From: Paragordius varius
Taxonomy: Eukaryota > Animalia > Nematomorpha
NCBI GenBank assembly: GCA_964247055.1
Contig: OZ176052.1
Coordinates: 13,392,001-13,456,000 of the forward strand
Direction: 5' to 3'
Length of the DNA stretch: 64,000 bases
Position numbers and translations under genes: made by a program. Below the pieces are notes generated by a model. The model was not told the origin of the DNA and ran no database searches. It saw nothing but the letters and a program-made list of their open reading frames with translations. Positions 43,260-57,000 of the stretch are shown here, piece by piece (positions within the stretch are counted from its first letter, which is position 1; each line of letters opens with the position of its first letter).

Positions 43260-46200
43260 GATTTTTACAACGATACTTTGAAAATTAATGTGTTAAACTA
43301 GTCGCATCAATACTCAAGTTAAACTTTGTCCTTAAAAATCGGATATTGGTCACCAGTGAACAAAATTATTTTTTATACATTCTCTTCGCAAGACTACATC
43401 AAAATATAGAGATAGTTTGACAAACTCTTTCATATCCGATTTTTACAACGATACTTTATAAATTAATGTATAAAACTAGTCGTATCAATAAGTCGCATCA
43501 ATACTCAAGTTAAACTTTGTCCTTAAAAATCGGATATTGGTCACCGGTGAACAAAATAATTTTTTATACATTCTCTTAGTAAGACTACATCAAAATATAG
43601 AGATAGTTTGACAAACTCTTTCATAACCGATTTTTACAACGATACTTTAAAAATTATGGTATTAAACCAGTCGCATCAATACTCAAGTTAAACTTTGTCC
43701 TTAAAAATCGGATATTGGTCACCGGTGAACAAAATTATTTTTTATACATTCTCTTAGTAAGACTACATCAAAATATAGAGATAGTTTGACAAACTCTTTC
43801 ATATCCGATTTTTACAACGATACTTTAAAAATTAATGTATAAAACTAGTCGCATCAATACTCAAGTTAAACTTTATCCTTAAAAATTGGATATTGGTCAC
43901 CGGTGAACAAAATAATTTTTTATACATTCTCTTAGTAAGACTACATCAAAATATAGAGATAGTTTGACAAACTCTTTCATATCCGATTTTTACAACGATA
44001 CTTTAAAAATTATGGTATTAAACTAGTCGCATCAATACTCAAATTAAACTTTGTCCTTAAAAATCGGATATTGGTCACCGGTGAACAAAATTATATTTTA
44101 TATATTCTCTTAGCAAGACTACATCAAAATATAGAGATAGTTTGAAACTCTTTCATAACCGATTTTTACAACGATACTTTAAAAATTATGGTATTAAACC
44201 AGTCGCATCAATACTCAAGTTAAACTTTGTCCTTAACAATCGGATATTGGTCACCGGTGAACAAAATTATTTTTTATACATTCTCTTAGTAGGACTACAT
44301 CAAAATATAGAGATAGTTTGGCAAACTCTTTCATATCCGATTTTTACAACGATATTTAAAAATTAATGTATAAAACTAGTCGCATCAATACTCAAGTTAA
44401 ACTTTGTCCTTAAAAATCGAATATTGGTCACGGTGAACAAAATTATTTTTTATACATTCTCTTAGTAAGACTACATCAAAATATAGAGATAGTTTGACAA
44501 ACTCTTTCATATCCGATTTTTACAACGATACTTTAAAAGTTAATGTATAAAACTAGTCGCATCAATACTCAAGTTAAACTTTATCCTTAAAAATTGGATA
44601 TTGGTCACCGGTGAACAAAATAATTTTTTATACATTCTCTTAGTAAGACTACATCAAAATATAGAGATAGTTTGACAAACTCTTTCATATCCGATTTTTA
44701 CAACGATACTTTAAAAATTATGGTATTAAACTAGTCGCATCAATACTCAAATTAAACTTTGTCCTTAAAAATCGGATATTGGTCACCGGTGAACAAAATT
44801 ATATTTTATATATTCTCTTAGCAAGACTACATCAAAATATAGAGATAGTTTGAAACTCTTTCATAACCGATTTTTACAACGATACTTTAAAAATTATGGT
44901 ATTAAACCAGTCGCATCAATACTCAAGTTAAACTTTGTCCTTAACAATCGGATATTGGTCACCGGTGAACAAAATTATTTTTTATACATTCTCTTAGTAG
45001 GACTACATCAAAATATAGAGATAGTTTGGCAAACTCTTTCATATCCGATTTTTACAACGATATTTAAAAATTAATGTATAAAACTAGTCGCATCAATACT
45101 CAAGTTAAACTTTGTCCTTAAAAATCTAAAATTGGTCACCGGTGAACAAAATTATTTTTTATACATTCTCTTAGTAAGACTACATCAAAATATAGAGATA
45201 GTTTGACAAACTCTTTCATATCCGATTTTTACAACGATACTTTAAAAATTATGGTATTAAACTAGTCGCATCAATACTCAAATTAAACTTTGTCCTTAAA
45301 AATCGGATATTGGTCACCGGTGAACAAAATTATATTTTATATATTCTCTTAGCAAGACTACATCAAAATATAGAGATAGTTTGAAACTCTTTCATAACCG
45401 ATTACAACGATACTTTAAAAATTATGGTATTAAACCAGTCGCATCAATACTCAAGTTAAACTTTGTCCTTAACAATCGGATATTGGTCACCGGTGAACAA
45501 AATTATTTTTTATACATTCTCTTAGTAGGACTACATCAAAATATAGAGATAGTTTGGCAAACTCTTTCATATCCGATTTTTACAACGATATTTAAAAATT
45601 AATGTATAAAACTAGTCGCATCAATACTCAAGTTAAACTTTGTCCTTAAAAATCTAAAATTGGTCACCGGTGAACAAAATTATTTTTTATACATTCTCTT
45701 AGTAAGACTACATCAAAATATAGAGATAGTTTGACAAACTCTTTTATATCCGATTTTTACAACGATACTTTAAAAATTAATGTATTAAACTAGTCGCATC
45801 AATACTCAAATTAAACTTTGTCCTTAAAAATCGGATATTGGTCACCGGTGAACAAAATTATTTTTTATATATTCTCTTAGCAAGACTACATCAAAATATA
45901 GAGATAGTTTGACAAACTCTTTCATATCCGATTTTTACAACGATACTTTAAAAATTAATGTATAAAACTAGTCGTATCAATAAATCGCATCAATACTCAG
46001 GTTAAACTTTGTCCTTAAAAATTGGATATTGGTCACCGGTGAATAAAATTATTTTTTATTCATTCTCTTAGTAGGACTACATCAAAATATAGAGATAGTT
46101 TGGCAAACTCTTTCATATCCGATTTTTACAACGATACTTTAAAAATTAATGTATAAAACTAGTCGCATCAATACTCAAGTTAAACTTTGTCCTTAAAAAT

Positions 46201-49200
46201 CGAATATTGGTCACCGGTGAACAAAATTATTTTTTATACATTCTCTTAGTAAGACTACATCAAAAAATAGAGATAGTTTGACAAACTCTTTCATATCCGA
46301 TTTTTACAACGATACTTTAAAAATTAATGTGTTAAACTAGTCGCATCAATACTCAAGTTAAACTTTGTCCTTAAAAATCGGATATTGGTCACCAGTGAAC
46401 AAAATTATTTTTTATACATTCTCTTCGCAAGACTACATCAAAATATAGAGATAGTTTGACAAACTCTTTCATATCCGATTTTTACAACGATACTTTATAA
46501 ATTAATGTATAAAACTAGTCGTATCAATAAGTCGCATCAATACTCAAGTTAAACTTTGTCCTTAAAAATCGGATATTGGTCACCGGTGAACAAAATAATT
46601 TTTTATACATTCTCTTAGTAAGACTACATCAAAATATAGAGATAGTTTGACAAACTCTTTCATAACCGATTTTTACAACGATACTTTAAAAATTATGGTA
46701 TTAAACCAGTCGCATCAATACTCAAGTTAAACTTTGTCCTTAAAAATCGGATATTGGTCACCGGTGAACAAAATTATTTTTTATACATTCTCTTAGTAAG
46801 ACTACATCAAAATATAGAGATAGTTTGACAAACTCTTTCATATCCGATTTTTACAACGATACTTTAAAAATTATGGTATTAAACTAGTCGCATCAATACT
46901 CAAATTAAACTTTGTCCTTAAAAATCGGATATTGGTCACCGGTGAACAAAATTATATTTTATATATTCTCTTAGCAAGACTACATCAAAATATAGAGATA
47001 GTTTGAAACTCTTTCATAACCGATTTTTACAACGATACTTTAAAAATTATGGTATTAAACCAGTCGCATCAATACTCAAGTTAAACTTTGTCCTTAACAA
47101 TCGGATATTGGTCACCGGTGAACAAAATTATTTTTTATACATTCTCTTAGTAGGACTACATCAAAATATAGAGATAGTTTGGCAAACTCTTTCATATCCG
47201 ATTTTTACAACGATATTTAAAAATTAATGTATAAAACTAGTCGCATCAATACTCAAGTTAAACTTTGTCCTTAAAAATCGAATATTGGTCACCGGTGAAC
47301 AAAATTATTTTTTATACATTCTCTTAGTAAGACTACAAAAAAATATAGAGATAGTTTGACAAACTCTTTCATATCCGATTTTTACAACGATATTTTAAAA
47401 ATTAATGTGTTAAACTAGTCGCATCAATACTCAAGTTAAACTTTGTCCTTAAAAATCGGATATTGGTCACCGGTGAACAAAATTATTTTTTATACATTCT
47501 CTTAGCAAGACTACATCAAAATATAGAGATAGTTTGACAAACTCTTTCATATCCGATTTTTACAACGATACTTTATAAATTAATGTATAAAACTAGTCGT
47601 ATCAATAAGTCGCATCAATACTCAAGTTAAACTTTGTCCTTAAAAATCGGATATTGGTCACCGGTGAACAAAATAATTTTTTATACATTCTCTTAGTAAG
47701 ACTACATCAAAATATAGAGATAGTTTGACAAACTCTTTCATAACCGATTTTTACAACGATACTTTAAAAATTATGGTATTAAACCAGTCGCATCAATACT
47801 CAAGTTAAACTTTGTCCTTAAAAATCGGATATTGGTCACCGGTGAACAAAATTATTTTTTATACATTCTCTTAGTAAGACTACATCAAAATATAGAGATA
47901 GTTTGACAAACTCTTTCATATCCGATTTTTACAACGATACTTTAAAAATTAATGTATAAAACTAGTCGCATCAATACTCAAGTTAAACTTTATCCTTAAA
48001 AATTGGATATTGGTCACCGGTGAACAAAATAATTTTTTATACATTCTCTTAGTAAGACTACATCAAAATATAGGGATAGTTTGACAAACTCTTTCATATC
48101 CTATTTTTACAACGATACTTTAAAAATTATGGTATTAAACTAGTCGCATCAATACTCAAATTAAACTTTGTCCTTAAAAATCGGATATTGGTCACCGGTG
48201 AACAAAATTATATTTTATATATTCTCTTAGCAAGACTACATCAAAATATAGAGATAGTTTGAAACTCTTTCATAACCGATTTTTACAACGATACTTTAAA
48301 AATTATGGTATTAAACCAGTCGCATCAATACTCAAGTTAAACTTGTTCCTTAAAAATTGGATATTGGTCACCGGTGAACAAAATAATTTTTTATACATTC
48401 TCTTAGTAAGACTACATCAAAATATAGAGATAGTTTGACAAACTCTTTCATATCCGATTTTTACAACGATACTTTAAAAATTATGGTATTAAACTAGTCG
48501 CATCAATACTCAAATTAAACTTTGTCCTTAAAAATCGGATATTGGTCACCGGTGAACAAAATTATATTTTATATATTCTCTTAGCAAGACTACATCAAAA
48601 TATAGAGATAGTTTGAAACTCTTTCATAACCGATTTTTACAACGATACTTTAAAAATTAATGTATAAAACTAGTCGCATCAATACTCAAGTTAAACTTTA
48701 TCCTTAAAAATTGGATATTGGTCACCGGTGAACAAAATAATTTTTTATATATTCTCTTAGCAAGACTACATCAAAATATAGAGATAGTTTGACAAACTCT
48801 TTCATATCCGATTTTTACAACGATATTTAAAAATTAATGTATAAAACTAGTCGCATCAATACTCAAGTTAAACTTTGTCCTTAAAAATCGAATATTGGTC
48901 ACGGTGAACAAAATTATTTTTTATACATTCTCTTAGTAAGACTACATCAAAATATAGAGATAGTTTGACAAACTCTTTCATATCCGATTTTTACAACGAT
49001 ACTTTAAAAATTAATGTATAAAACTAGTCGCATCAATACTCAAGTTAAACTTTATCCTTAAAAATTGGATATTGGTCACCGGTGAACAAAATAATTTTTT
49101 ATACATTCTCTTAGTAAGACTACATCAAAATATAGAGATAGTTTGACAAACTCTTTCATATCCGATTTTTACAACGATACTTTGAAAATTAATGTGTTAA

Positions 49201-51030
49201 ACTAGTCGCATCAATACTCAAGTTAAACTTTGTCCTTAAAAATCGGATATTGGTCACCAGTGAACAAAATTATTTTTTATACATTCTCTTCGCAAGACTA
49301 CATCAAAATATAGAGATAGTTTGACAAACTCTTTCATATCCGATTTTTACAACGATACTTTATAAATTAATGTATAAAACTAGTCGTATCAATAAGTCGC
49401 ATCAATACTCAAGTTAAACTTTGTCCTTAAAAATCGGATATTGGTCACCGGTGAACAAAATAATTTTTTATACATTCTCTTAGTAAGACTACATCAAAAT
49501 ATAGAGATAGTTTGACAAACTCTTTCATAACCGATTTTTACAACGATACTTTAAAAATTATGGTATTAAACCAGTCGCATCAATACTCAAGTTAAACTTT
49601 GTCCTTAAAAATCGGATATTGGTCACCGGTGAACAAAATTATTTTTATACATTCTCTTAGTAAGACTACATCAAAATATAGAGATAGTTTGACAAACTCT
49701 TTCATATCCGATTTTTACAACGATACTTTAAAAATTAATGTATAAAACTAGTCGCATCAATACTCAAGTTAAACTTTATCCTTAAAAATTGGATATTGGT
49801 CACCGGTGAACAAAATAATTTTTTATACATTCTCTTAGTAAGACTACATCAAAATATAGAGATAGTTTGACAAACTCTTTCATATCCGATTTTTACAACG
49901 ATACTTTAAAAATTATGGTATTAAACTAGTCGCATCAATACTCAAATTAAACTTTGTCCTTAAAAATCGGATATTGGTCACCGGTGAACAAAATTATATT
50001 TTATATATTCTCTTAGCAAGACTACATCAAAATATAGAGATAGTTTGAAACTCTTTCATAACCGATTTTTACAACGATACTTTAAAAATTATGGTATTAA
50101 ACCAGTCGCATCAATACTCAAGTTAAACTTTGTCCTTAACAATCGGATATTGGTCACCGGTGAACAAAATTATTTTTTATACATTCTCTTAGTAGGACTA
50201 CATCAAAATATAGAGATAGTTTGGCAAACTCTTTCATATCCGATTTTTACAACGATATTTAAAAATTAATGTATAAAACTAGTCGCATCAATACTCAAGT
50301 TAAACTTTGTCCTTAAAAATCGAATATTGGTCACGGTGAACAAAATTATTTTTTATACATTCTCTTAGTAAGACTACATCAAAATATAGAGATAGTTTGA
50401 CAAACTCTTTCATATCCGATTTTTACAACGATACTTTAAAAATTAATGTATAAAACTAGTCGCATCAATACTCAAGTTAAACTTTATCCTTAAAAATTGG
50501 ATATTGGTCACCGGTGAACAAAATAATTTTTTATACATTCTCTTAGTAAGACTACATCAAAATATAGAGATAGTTTGACAAACTCTTTCATATCCGATTT
50601 TTACAACGATACTTTAAAAATTATGGTATTAAACTAGTCGCATCAATACTCAAATTAAACTTTGTCCTTAAAAATCGGATATTGGTCACCGGTGAACAAA
50701 ATTATATTTTATATATTCTCTTAGCAAGACTACATCAAAATATAGAGATAGTTTGAAACTCTTTCATAACCGATTTTTACAACGATACTTTAAAAATTAT
50801 GGTATTAAACCAGTCGCATCAATACTCAAGTTAAACTTTGTCCTTAACAATCGGATATTGGTCACCGGTGAACAAAATTATTTTTTATACATTCTCTTAG
50901 TAGGACTACATCAAAATATAGAGATAGTTTGGCAAACTCTTTCATATCCGATTTTTACAACGATATTTAAAAATTAATGTATAAAACTAGTCGCATCAAT
51001 ACTCAAGTTAAACTTTGTCCTTAAAAATCT
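43260..51030 (+). repeat. Dispersed intra-array duplication: about 43.26-45.13 kb repeated at about 49.17-51.03 kb (offset about 5,903 bp)
   Basis: The 1-bp deletion GGTCACGGTG lies at 44,431/50,334 and TACTTTGAAAATTAATGTGTT at about 43,271/49,175. The ORF-track pairs 44,142/50,045 and 44,850/50,753 share the same offset. Confidence 0.85.
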
Positions 51031-54000
51031 AAAATTGGTCACCGGTGAACAAAATTATTTTTTATACATTCTCTTAGTAAGACTACATCAAAATATAGAG
51101 ATAGTTTGACAAACTCTTTCATATCCGATTTTTACGACGATACTTTAAAAATTAATGTATTAAACTAGTCGCATCAATACTCAAATTAAACTTTGTCCTT
51201 AAAAATCGGATATTGGTCACCGGTGAACAAAATTATTTTTTATATATTCTCTTAGCAAGACTACATCAAAATATAGAGATAGTTTGACAAACTCTTTCAT
51301 ATCCGATTTTTACAACGATACTTTAAAAATTAATGTATAAAACTAGTCGTATCAATAAATCGCATCAATACTCAGGTTAAACTTTGTCCTTAAAAATTGG
51401 ATATTGGTCACCGGTGAATAAAATTATTTTTTATTCATTCTCTTAGTAGGACTACATCAAAATATAGAGATAGTTTGGCAAACTCTTTCATATCCGATTT
51501 TTACAACGATACTTTAAAAATTAATGTATAAAACTAGTCGCATCAATACTCAAGTTAAACTTTGTCCTTAAAAATCGAATATTGGTCACCGGTGAACAAA
51601 ATTATTTTTTATACATTCTCTTAGTAAGACTACATCAAAAAATAGAGATAGTTTGACAAACTCTTTCATATCCGATTTTTACAACGATACTTTAAAAATT
51701 AATGTGTTAAACTAGTCGCATCAATACTCAAGTTAAACTTTGTCCTTAAAAATCGGATATTGGTCACCAGTGAACAAAATTATTTTTTATACATTCTCTT
51801 CGCAAGACTACATCAAAATATAGAGATAGTTTGACAAACTCTTTCATATCCGATTTTTACAACGATACTTTATAAATTAATGTATAAAACTAGTCGTATC
51901 AATAAGTCGCATCAATACTCAAGTTAAACTTTGTCCTTAAAAATCGGATATTGGTCACCGGTGAACAAAATAATTTTTTATACATTCTCTTAGTAAGACT
52001 ACATCAAAATATAGAGATAGTTTGACAAACTCTTTCATAACCGATTTTTACAACGATACTTTAAAAATTATGGTATTAAACCAGTCGCATCAATACTCAA
52101 GTTAAACTTTGTCCTTAAAAATCGGATATTGGTCACCGGTGAACAAAATTATTTTTTATACATTCTCTTAGTAAGACTACATCAAAATATAGAGATAGTT
52201 TGACAAACTCTTTCATATCCGATTTTTACAACGATACTTTAAAAATTATGGTATTAAACTAGTCGCATCAATACTCAAATTAAACTTTGTCCTTAAAAAT
52301 CGGATATTGGTCACCGGTGAACAAAATTATATTTTATATATTCTCTTAGCAAGACTACATCAAAATATAGAGATAGTTTGAAACTCTTTCATAACCGATT
52401 TTTACAACGATACTTTAAAAATTATGGTATTAAACCAGTCGCATCAATACTCAAGTTAAACTTTGTCCTTAACAATCGGATATTGGTCACCGGTGAACAA
52501 AATTATTTTTTATACATTCTCTTAGTAGGACTACATCAAAATATAGAGATAGTTTGGCAAACTCTTTCATATCCGATTTTTACAACGATATTTAAAAATT
52601 AATGTATAAAACTAGTCGCATCAATACTCAAGTTAAACTTTGTCCTTAACAATCGGATATTGGTCACCGGTGAACAAAATTATTTTTTATACATTCTCTT
52701 AGTAGGACTACATCAAAATATAGAGATAGTTTGGCAAACTCTTTCATATCCGATTTTTACAACGATATTTAAAAATTAATGTATAAAACTAGTCGCATCA
52801 ATACTCAAGTTAAACTTTGTCCTTAAAAATCGAATTTTGGTCACCGGTGAACAAAATTATTTTTTATACATTCTCTTAGTAAGACTACATAAAAATATAG
52901 AGATAGTTTGACAAACTCTTTCATATCCGATTTTTACAACGATATTTTAAAAATTAATGTGTTAAACTAGTCGCATCAATACTCAAGTTAAACTTTGTCC
53001 TTAAAAATCGGATATTGGTCACCGGTAAACAAAATTATTTTTTATACATTCTCTTAGCAAGACTACATCAAAATATAGAGATAGTTTGACAAACTCTTTC
53101 ATATCCGATTTTTACAACGATACTTTAAAAATTAATGTATAAAACTAGTCGTATCAATAAATCGCATCAATACTCAGGTTAAACTTTGTCCTTAAAAATT
53201 GGATATTGGTCACCGGTGAATAAAATTATTTTTTATTCATTCTCTTAGTAGGACTACATCAAAATATAGAGATAGTTTGGCAAACTCTTTCATATCCGAT
53301 TTTTACAACGATACTTTAAAAATTAATGTATAAAACTAGTCGCATCAATACTCAAGTTAAACTTTGTCCTTAAAAATCGAATATTGGTCACCGGTGAACA
53401 AAATTATTTTTTATACATTCTCTTAGTAAGACTACATCAAAAAATAGAGATAGTTTGACAAACTCTTTCATATCCGATTTTTACAACGATACTTTAAAAA
53501 TTAATGTGTTAAACTAGTCGCATCAATACTCAAGTTAAACTTTGTCCTTAAAAATCGGATATTGGTCACCAGTGAACAAAATTATTTTTTATACATTCTC
53601 TTCGCAAGACTACATCAAAATATAGAGATAGTTTGACAAACTCTTTCATATCCGATTTTTACAACGATACTTTAAAAATTAATGTGTTAAACTAGTCGCA
53701 TCAATACTCAAGTTAAACTTTGTCCTTAAAAATCGGATATTGGTCACCAGTGAACAAAATTATTTTTTATACATTCTCTTCGCAAGACTACATCAAAATA
53801 TAGAGATAGTTTGACAAACTCTTTCATATCCGATTTTTACAACGATACTTTATAAATTAATGTATAAAACTAGTCGTATCAATAAGTCGCATCAATACTC
53901 AAGTTAAACTTTGTCCTTAAAAATCGGATATTGGTCACCGGTGAACAAAATAATTTTTTATACATTCTCTTAGTAAGACTACATCAAAATATAGAGATAG

Positions 54001-57000
54001 TTTGACAAACTCTTTCATAACCGATTTTTACAACGATACTTTAAAAATTATGGTATTAAACCAGTCGCATCAATACTCAAGTTAAACTTTGTCCTTAAAA
54101 ATCGGATATTGGTCACCGGTGAACAAAATTATTTTTTATACATTCTCTTAGTAAGACTACATCAAAATATAGAGATAGTTTGACAAACTCTTTCATATCC
54201 GATTTTTACAACGATACTTTAAAAATTATGGTATTAAACTAGTCGCATCAATACTCAAATTAAACTTTGTCCTTAAAAATCGGATATTGGTCACCGGTGA
54301 ACAAAATTATATTTTATATATTCTCTTAGCAAGACTACATCAAAATATAGAGATAGTTTGAAACTCTTTCATAACCGATTTTTACAACGATACTTTAAAA
54401 ATTATGGTATTAAACCAGTCGCATCAATACTCAAGTTAAACTTTGTCCTTAACAATCGGATATTGGTCACCGGTGAACAAAATTATTTTTTATACATTCT
54501 CTTAGTAGGACTACATCAAAATATAGAGATAGTTTGGCAAACTCTTTCATATCCGATTTTTACAACGATATTTAAAAATTAATGTATAAAACTAGTCGCA
54601 TCAATACTCAAGTTAAACTTTGTCCTTAACAATCGGATATTGGTCACCGGTGAACAAAATTATTTTTTATACATTCTCTTAGTAGGACTACATCAAAATA
54701 TAGAGATAGTTTGGCAAACTCTTTCATATCCGATTTTTACAACGATATTTAAAAATTAATGTATAAAACTAGTCGCATCAATACTCAAGTTAAACTTTGT
54801 CCTTAAAAATCGAATTTTGGTCACCGGTGAACAAAATTATTTTTTATACATTCTCTTAGTAAGACTACATAAAAATATAGAGATAGTTTGACAAACTCTT
54901 TCATATCCGATTTTTACAACGATATTTTAAAAATTAATGTGTTAAACTAGTCGCATCAATACTCAAGTTAAACTTTGTCCTTAAAAATCGGATATTGGTC
55001 ACCGGTGAACAAAATTATTTTTTATACATTCTCTTAGCAAGACTACATCAAAATATAGAGATAGTTTGACAAACTCTTTCATATCCGATTTTTACAACGA
55101 TACTTTAAAAATTAATGTATAAAACTAGTCGTATCAATAAATCGCATCAATACTCAGGTTAAACTTTGTCCTTAAAAATTGGATATTGGTCACCGGTGAA
55201 TAAAATTATTTTTTATTCATTCTCTTAGTAGGACTACATCAAAATATAGAGATAGTTTGGCAAACTCTTTCATATCCGATTTTTACAACGATACTTTAAA
55301 AATTAATGTATAAAACTAGTCGCATCAATACTCAAGTTAAACTTTGTCCTTAAAAATCGAATATTGGTCACCGGTGAACAAAATTATTTTTTATACATTC
55401 TCTTAGTAAGACTACATCAAAAAATAGAGATAGTTTGACAAACTCTTTCATATCCGATTTTTACAACGATACTTTAAAAATTAATGTGTTAAACTAGTCG
55501 CATCAATACTCAAGTTAAACTTTGTCCTTAAAAATCGGATATTGGTCACCAACAAAATTATTTTTTATACATTCTCTTCGCAAGACTACATCAAAATATA
55601 GAGATAGTTTGACAAACTCTTTCATATCCGATTTTTACAACGATACTTTATAAATTAATGTATAAAACTAGTCGTATCAATAAGTCGCATCAATACTCAA
55701 GTTAAACTTTGTCCTTAAAAATCGGATATTGGTCACCGGTGAACAAAATAATTTTTTATACATTCTCTTAGTAAGACTACATCAAAATATAGAGATAGTT
55801 TGACAAACTCTTTCATAACCGATTTTTACAACGATACTTTAAAAATTATGGTATTAAACCAGTCGCATCAATACTCAAGTTAAACTTTGTCCTTAACAAT
55901 CGGATATTGGTCACCGGTGAACAAAATTATTTTTTATACATTCTCTTAGTAGGACTACATCAAAATATAGAGATAGTTTGGCAAACTCTTTCATATCCGA
56001 TTTTTACAACGATATTTAAAAATTAATGTATAAAACTAGTCGCATCAATACTCAAGTTAAACTTTGTCCTTAAAAATCGAATTTTGGTCACCGGTGAACA
56101 AAATTATTTTTTATACATTCTCTTAGTAAGACTACATAAAAATATAGAGATAGTTTGACAAACTCTTTCATATCCGATTTTTACAACGATATTTTAAAAA
56201 TTAATGTGTTAAACTAGTCGCATCAATACTCAAGTTAAACTTTGTCCTTAAAAATCGGATATTGGTCACCGGTGAACAAAATTATTTTTTATACATTCTC
56301 TTAGCAAGACTACATCAAAATATAGAGATAGTTTGACAAACTCTTTCATATCCGATTTTTACAACGATACTTTAAAAATTAATGTATAAAACTAGTCGTA
56401 TCAATAAATCGCATCAATACTCAGGTTAAACTTTGTCCTTAAAAATTGGATATTGGTCACCGGTGAATAAAATTATTTTTTATTCATTCTCTTAGTAGGA
56501 CTACATCAAAATATAGAGATAGTTTGGCAAACTCTTTCATATCCGATTTTTACAACGATACTTTAAAAATTAATGTATAAAACTAGTCGCATCAATACTC
56601 AAGTTAAACTTTGTCCTTAAAAATCGAATATTGGTCACCGGTGAACAAAATTATTTTTTATACATTCTCTTAGTAAGACTACATCAAAAAATAGAGATAG
56701 TTTGACAAACTCTTTCATATCCGATTTTTACAACGATACTTTAAAAATTAATGTGTTAAACTAGTCGCATCAATACTCAAGTTAAACTTTGTCCTTAAAA
56801 ATCGGATATTGGTCACCAGTGAACAAAATTATTTTTTATACATTCTCTTCGCAAGACTACATCAAAATATAGAGATAGTTTGACAAACTCTTTCATATCC
56901 GATTTTTACAACGATACTTTAAAAATTAATGTGTTAAACTAGTCGCATCAATACTCAAGTTAAACTTTGTCCTTAAAAATCGGATATTGGTCACCAGTGA

